Source: an uncultured Deinococcales bacterium
GTDB lineage: Bacteria > Deinococcota > Deinococci > Deinococcales > JAAFIG01
Assembly: GCA_964247135.1 (NCBI GenBank)
Contig: CAXTTL010000095.1
Location: 1 to 17,071 of the forward strand
Direction: 5' to 3'
Length of the DNA: 17,071 nt
Shown piece after piece: positions 15,717 to 17,071 of this stretch (position 1 is its first letter; every line of letters starts with the position of its first letter). A program made the position numbers and the translations under genes. Below the pieces are notes generated by a model. It made no database searches, was not told the DNA's origin, and was given only the letters and a program-made list of their open reading frames with translations.

Positions 15717-16997
15717 ATGAAACTCTACCGAGCCAGCCTCGCCCACACGCCACGCAACCCGTTTTTGCATTCCGACGCGCTCGAGACGTTTGTGGATGGC
15801 GGTTTGCTGGTTGATGGGGACAAAATTCTCGAGCTTGGTGAATTCTCGAGTCTGTATTCAAAATACCCAACAGCCAAAGTGGTTGATTTCACTGGCAGTT
15901 TTATGGTGCCTGGCTTGGTCGATTGTCACGTGCATTTTCCCCAAGTGAATGTCATCGGCACGATGGGGGTTCAGTTGCTCGAATGGCTCGAGACGCGCAC
16001 GCTGCCCGAAGAAGAAAAATTGTCGGACTCGGGATATGCGCGTGAGGTGGCAATCGATTTCTTGGGGCATCTTAAACGAAATGGCACGACCACCGCCTTG
16101 GTGTTTGGCAGCCATTTTAAAAATGCGATGCACGAATTTTTTGAAACCGCCCAAGATTCCAAACTTCGCATCACCAGCGGCATGGTCTTTTCGGACCGCG
16201 AATTGCGCCCGAAGCTGCATCAAAGCCCGCAACAGGCATTTGCCGGCGGCGCCGAATTAATCATGCGTTGGCACAACAACGGGCGCTTGCGCTACGCCGT
16301 GATGCCACGTTTTAGTTTGTCATGCTCGGACAAGATGCTCGAGGTGTGCAGTGCGCTTTTATCGGCGCAACCTGGAATATTGTTTCATTCGCACATCAAC
16401 GAAAACCCGCTCGAGATACAAACCGTCAAACGTCTTGCCAACGCACCCGACTACCTCGAGAGTTACGAGCGCCACAACCTGGTGGGTGAACGCAGCGTCT
16501 TTGCGCACAGCGTCCACCCGACAGCATCCGAACTTTCCCGATTGGCAAAAGCCGGCTCGAGCGTGGCGCATTGCGCCTCGAGCAACGCCTTCATCGGCAG
16601 CGGTTTGTTCCCCATGCGCTCCCACCTCGAGGCTGGGGTGCACGTGGCGCTCGGCTCGGACGTGGGTGGCGGCACGGGATTCTCGCTTCTCAAAGAGGGA
16701 CTTGAGGCGTACCAGATGCAAATGCTGCAAGCTGAGGGCGTCAAGCTTTCACCCGCGCATCTCCTGTATTTGGCAACCAAAGCTGGCGCGAAAGCCTTGC
16801 ACCTCGAGGATCAAATTGGGGATTTTACACCAGGAAAGCAAGCCGATTTTGTGGTCTTGAAAGCACCCAAGGGCAGCACCCTCGAGCGAACATTGCAAGG
16901 CTCGCCGTCAATGGCTGCCAGTTTGGGGGCGTTGTTTACCTTGGCGCGGGAGGAGAGCGTTAAAAACGTTTTTGTGGCTGGAGAAAAATTGGTTTGA
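15717..16997 (+). CDS. guaD: Guanine deaminase
   Basis: PGLVDCHVHFPQ, LLEWL..TLPEE, GTTTALVF, PRFSLSC, HINEN, AHSVH, SNAFIGSG and GSDVGGG motifs. Confidence 0.95.
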   Translation: MKLYRASLAHTPRNPFLHSDALETFVDGGLLVDGDKILELGEFSSLYSKYPTAKVVDFTGSFMVPGLVDCHVHFPQVNVIGTMGVQLLEWLETRTLPEEEKLSDSGYAREVAIDFLGHLKRNGTTTALVFGSHFKNAMHEFFETAQDSKLRITSGMVFSDRELRPKLHQSPQQAFAGGAELIMRWHNNGRLRYAVMPRFSLSCSDKMLEVCSALLSAQPGILFHSHINENPLEIQTVKRLANAPDYLESYERHNLVGERSVFAHSVHPTASELSRLAKAGSSVAHCASSNAFIGSGLFPMRSHLEAGVHVALGSDVGGGTGFSLLKEGLEAYQMQMLQAEGVKLSPAHLLYLATKAGAKALHLEDQIGDFTPGKQADFVVLKAPKGSTLERTLQGSPSMAASLGALFTLAREESVKNVFVAGEKLV

Positions 16998-17004
16998 AGT
17001 TGAT

Positions 17005-17071
17005 TGATACGGAATGAACGAGAACACTCCGTTATTCCGCTTCGCTCCATAACTCCGTTAACCTCGTTGAT
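17005..17071. repeat. Putative small intergenic repeat (MITE-like), truncated by the window end
   Basis: Begins TGATACGG; nested inverted repeats AACGAG/CTCGTT and GTTAT/ATAAC around TCCGCTTCGCTCC; ACTCCGTTA occurs twice. Confidence 0.45.

Larger units (their letters stand above)
28..16886. repeat. Dispersed, highly iterated 6-bp palindrome CTCGAG (about 120 copies)
   Basis: Hand count of about 120 copies, one per ~140 bp, in genes on both strands and in intergenic DNA. About 5 are expected at ~55% GC. Confidence 0.95.

Noticed and set aside
1-17071. CTCGAG excess as an XhoI cloning or assembly artefact; also a prophage, IS or defence island
   Set aside because: Sites sit inside intact in-frame conserved genes with no junction breaks; no integrase, transposase, phage, cas, rRNA or tRNA genes were seen.

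Overview
Bacterial chromosomal window, most likely from Deinococcota (Deinococcales-like). The support is inferential: the MurF/FtsI/FtsL sequence style, a dcw cluster without murE, and repeated leaderless starts (TAnnnT 5-6 nt before the start codon). GC is roughly 55% by eye. Left part (minus strand): the start of the dcw cluster, mraZ-rsmH-ftsL-ftsI-murF-mraY(partial), with MraZ boxes and a GTAG-type REP. Middle: a GNAT gene, a small-protein gene with structured UTRs and a terminator, a low-GC tandem-SH3/DUF6714-like fusion, a luxS-mtnN-marR operon and a secreted triple-repeat protein. Right: a ~640-aa hypothetical gene coupled to a stand-alone SRA/YDG-like gene, a secreted hypothetical, a DUF4388 + atypical receiver protein, a DUF4097 lipoprotein, guaD and a truncated intergenic repeat. 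The strongest unexplained signal is the palindrome CTCGAG, about 120 copies by hand count against about 5 expected, behaving like a HIP1-type highly iterated palindrome. Other leads are the nuclease-less SRA-like protein and the small ORF with an anti-SD 3' RNA. All family calls come from motif recognition only; no searches were run.
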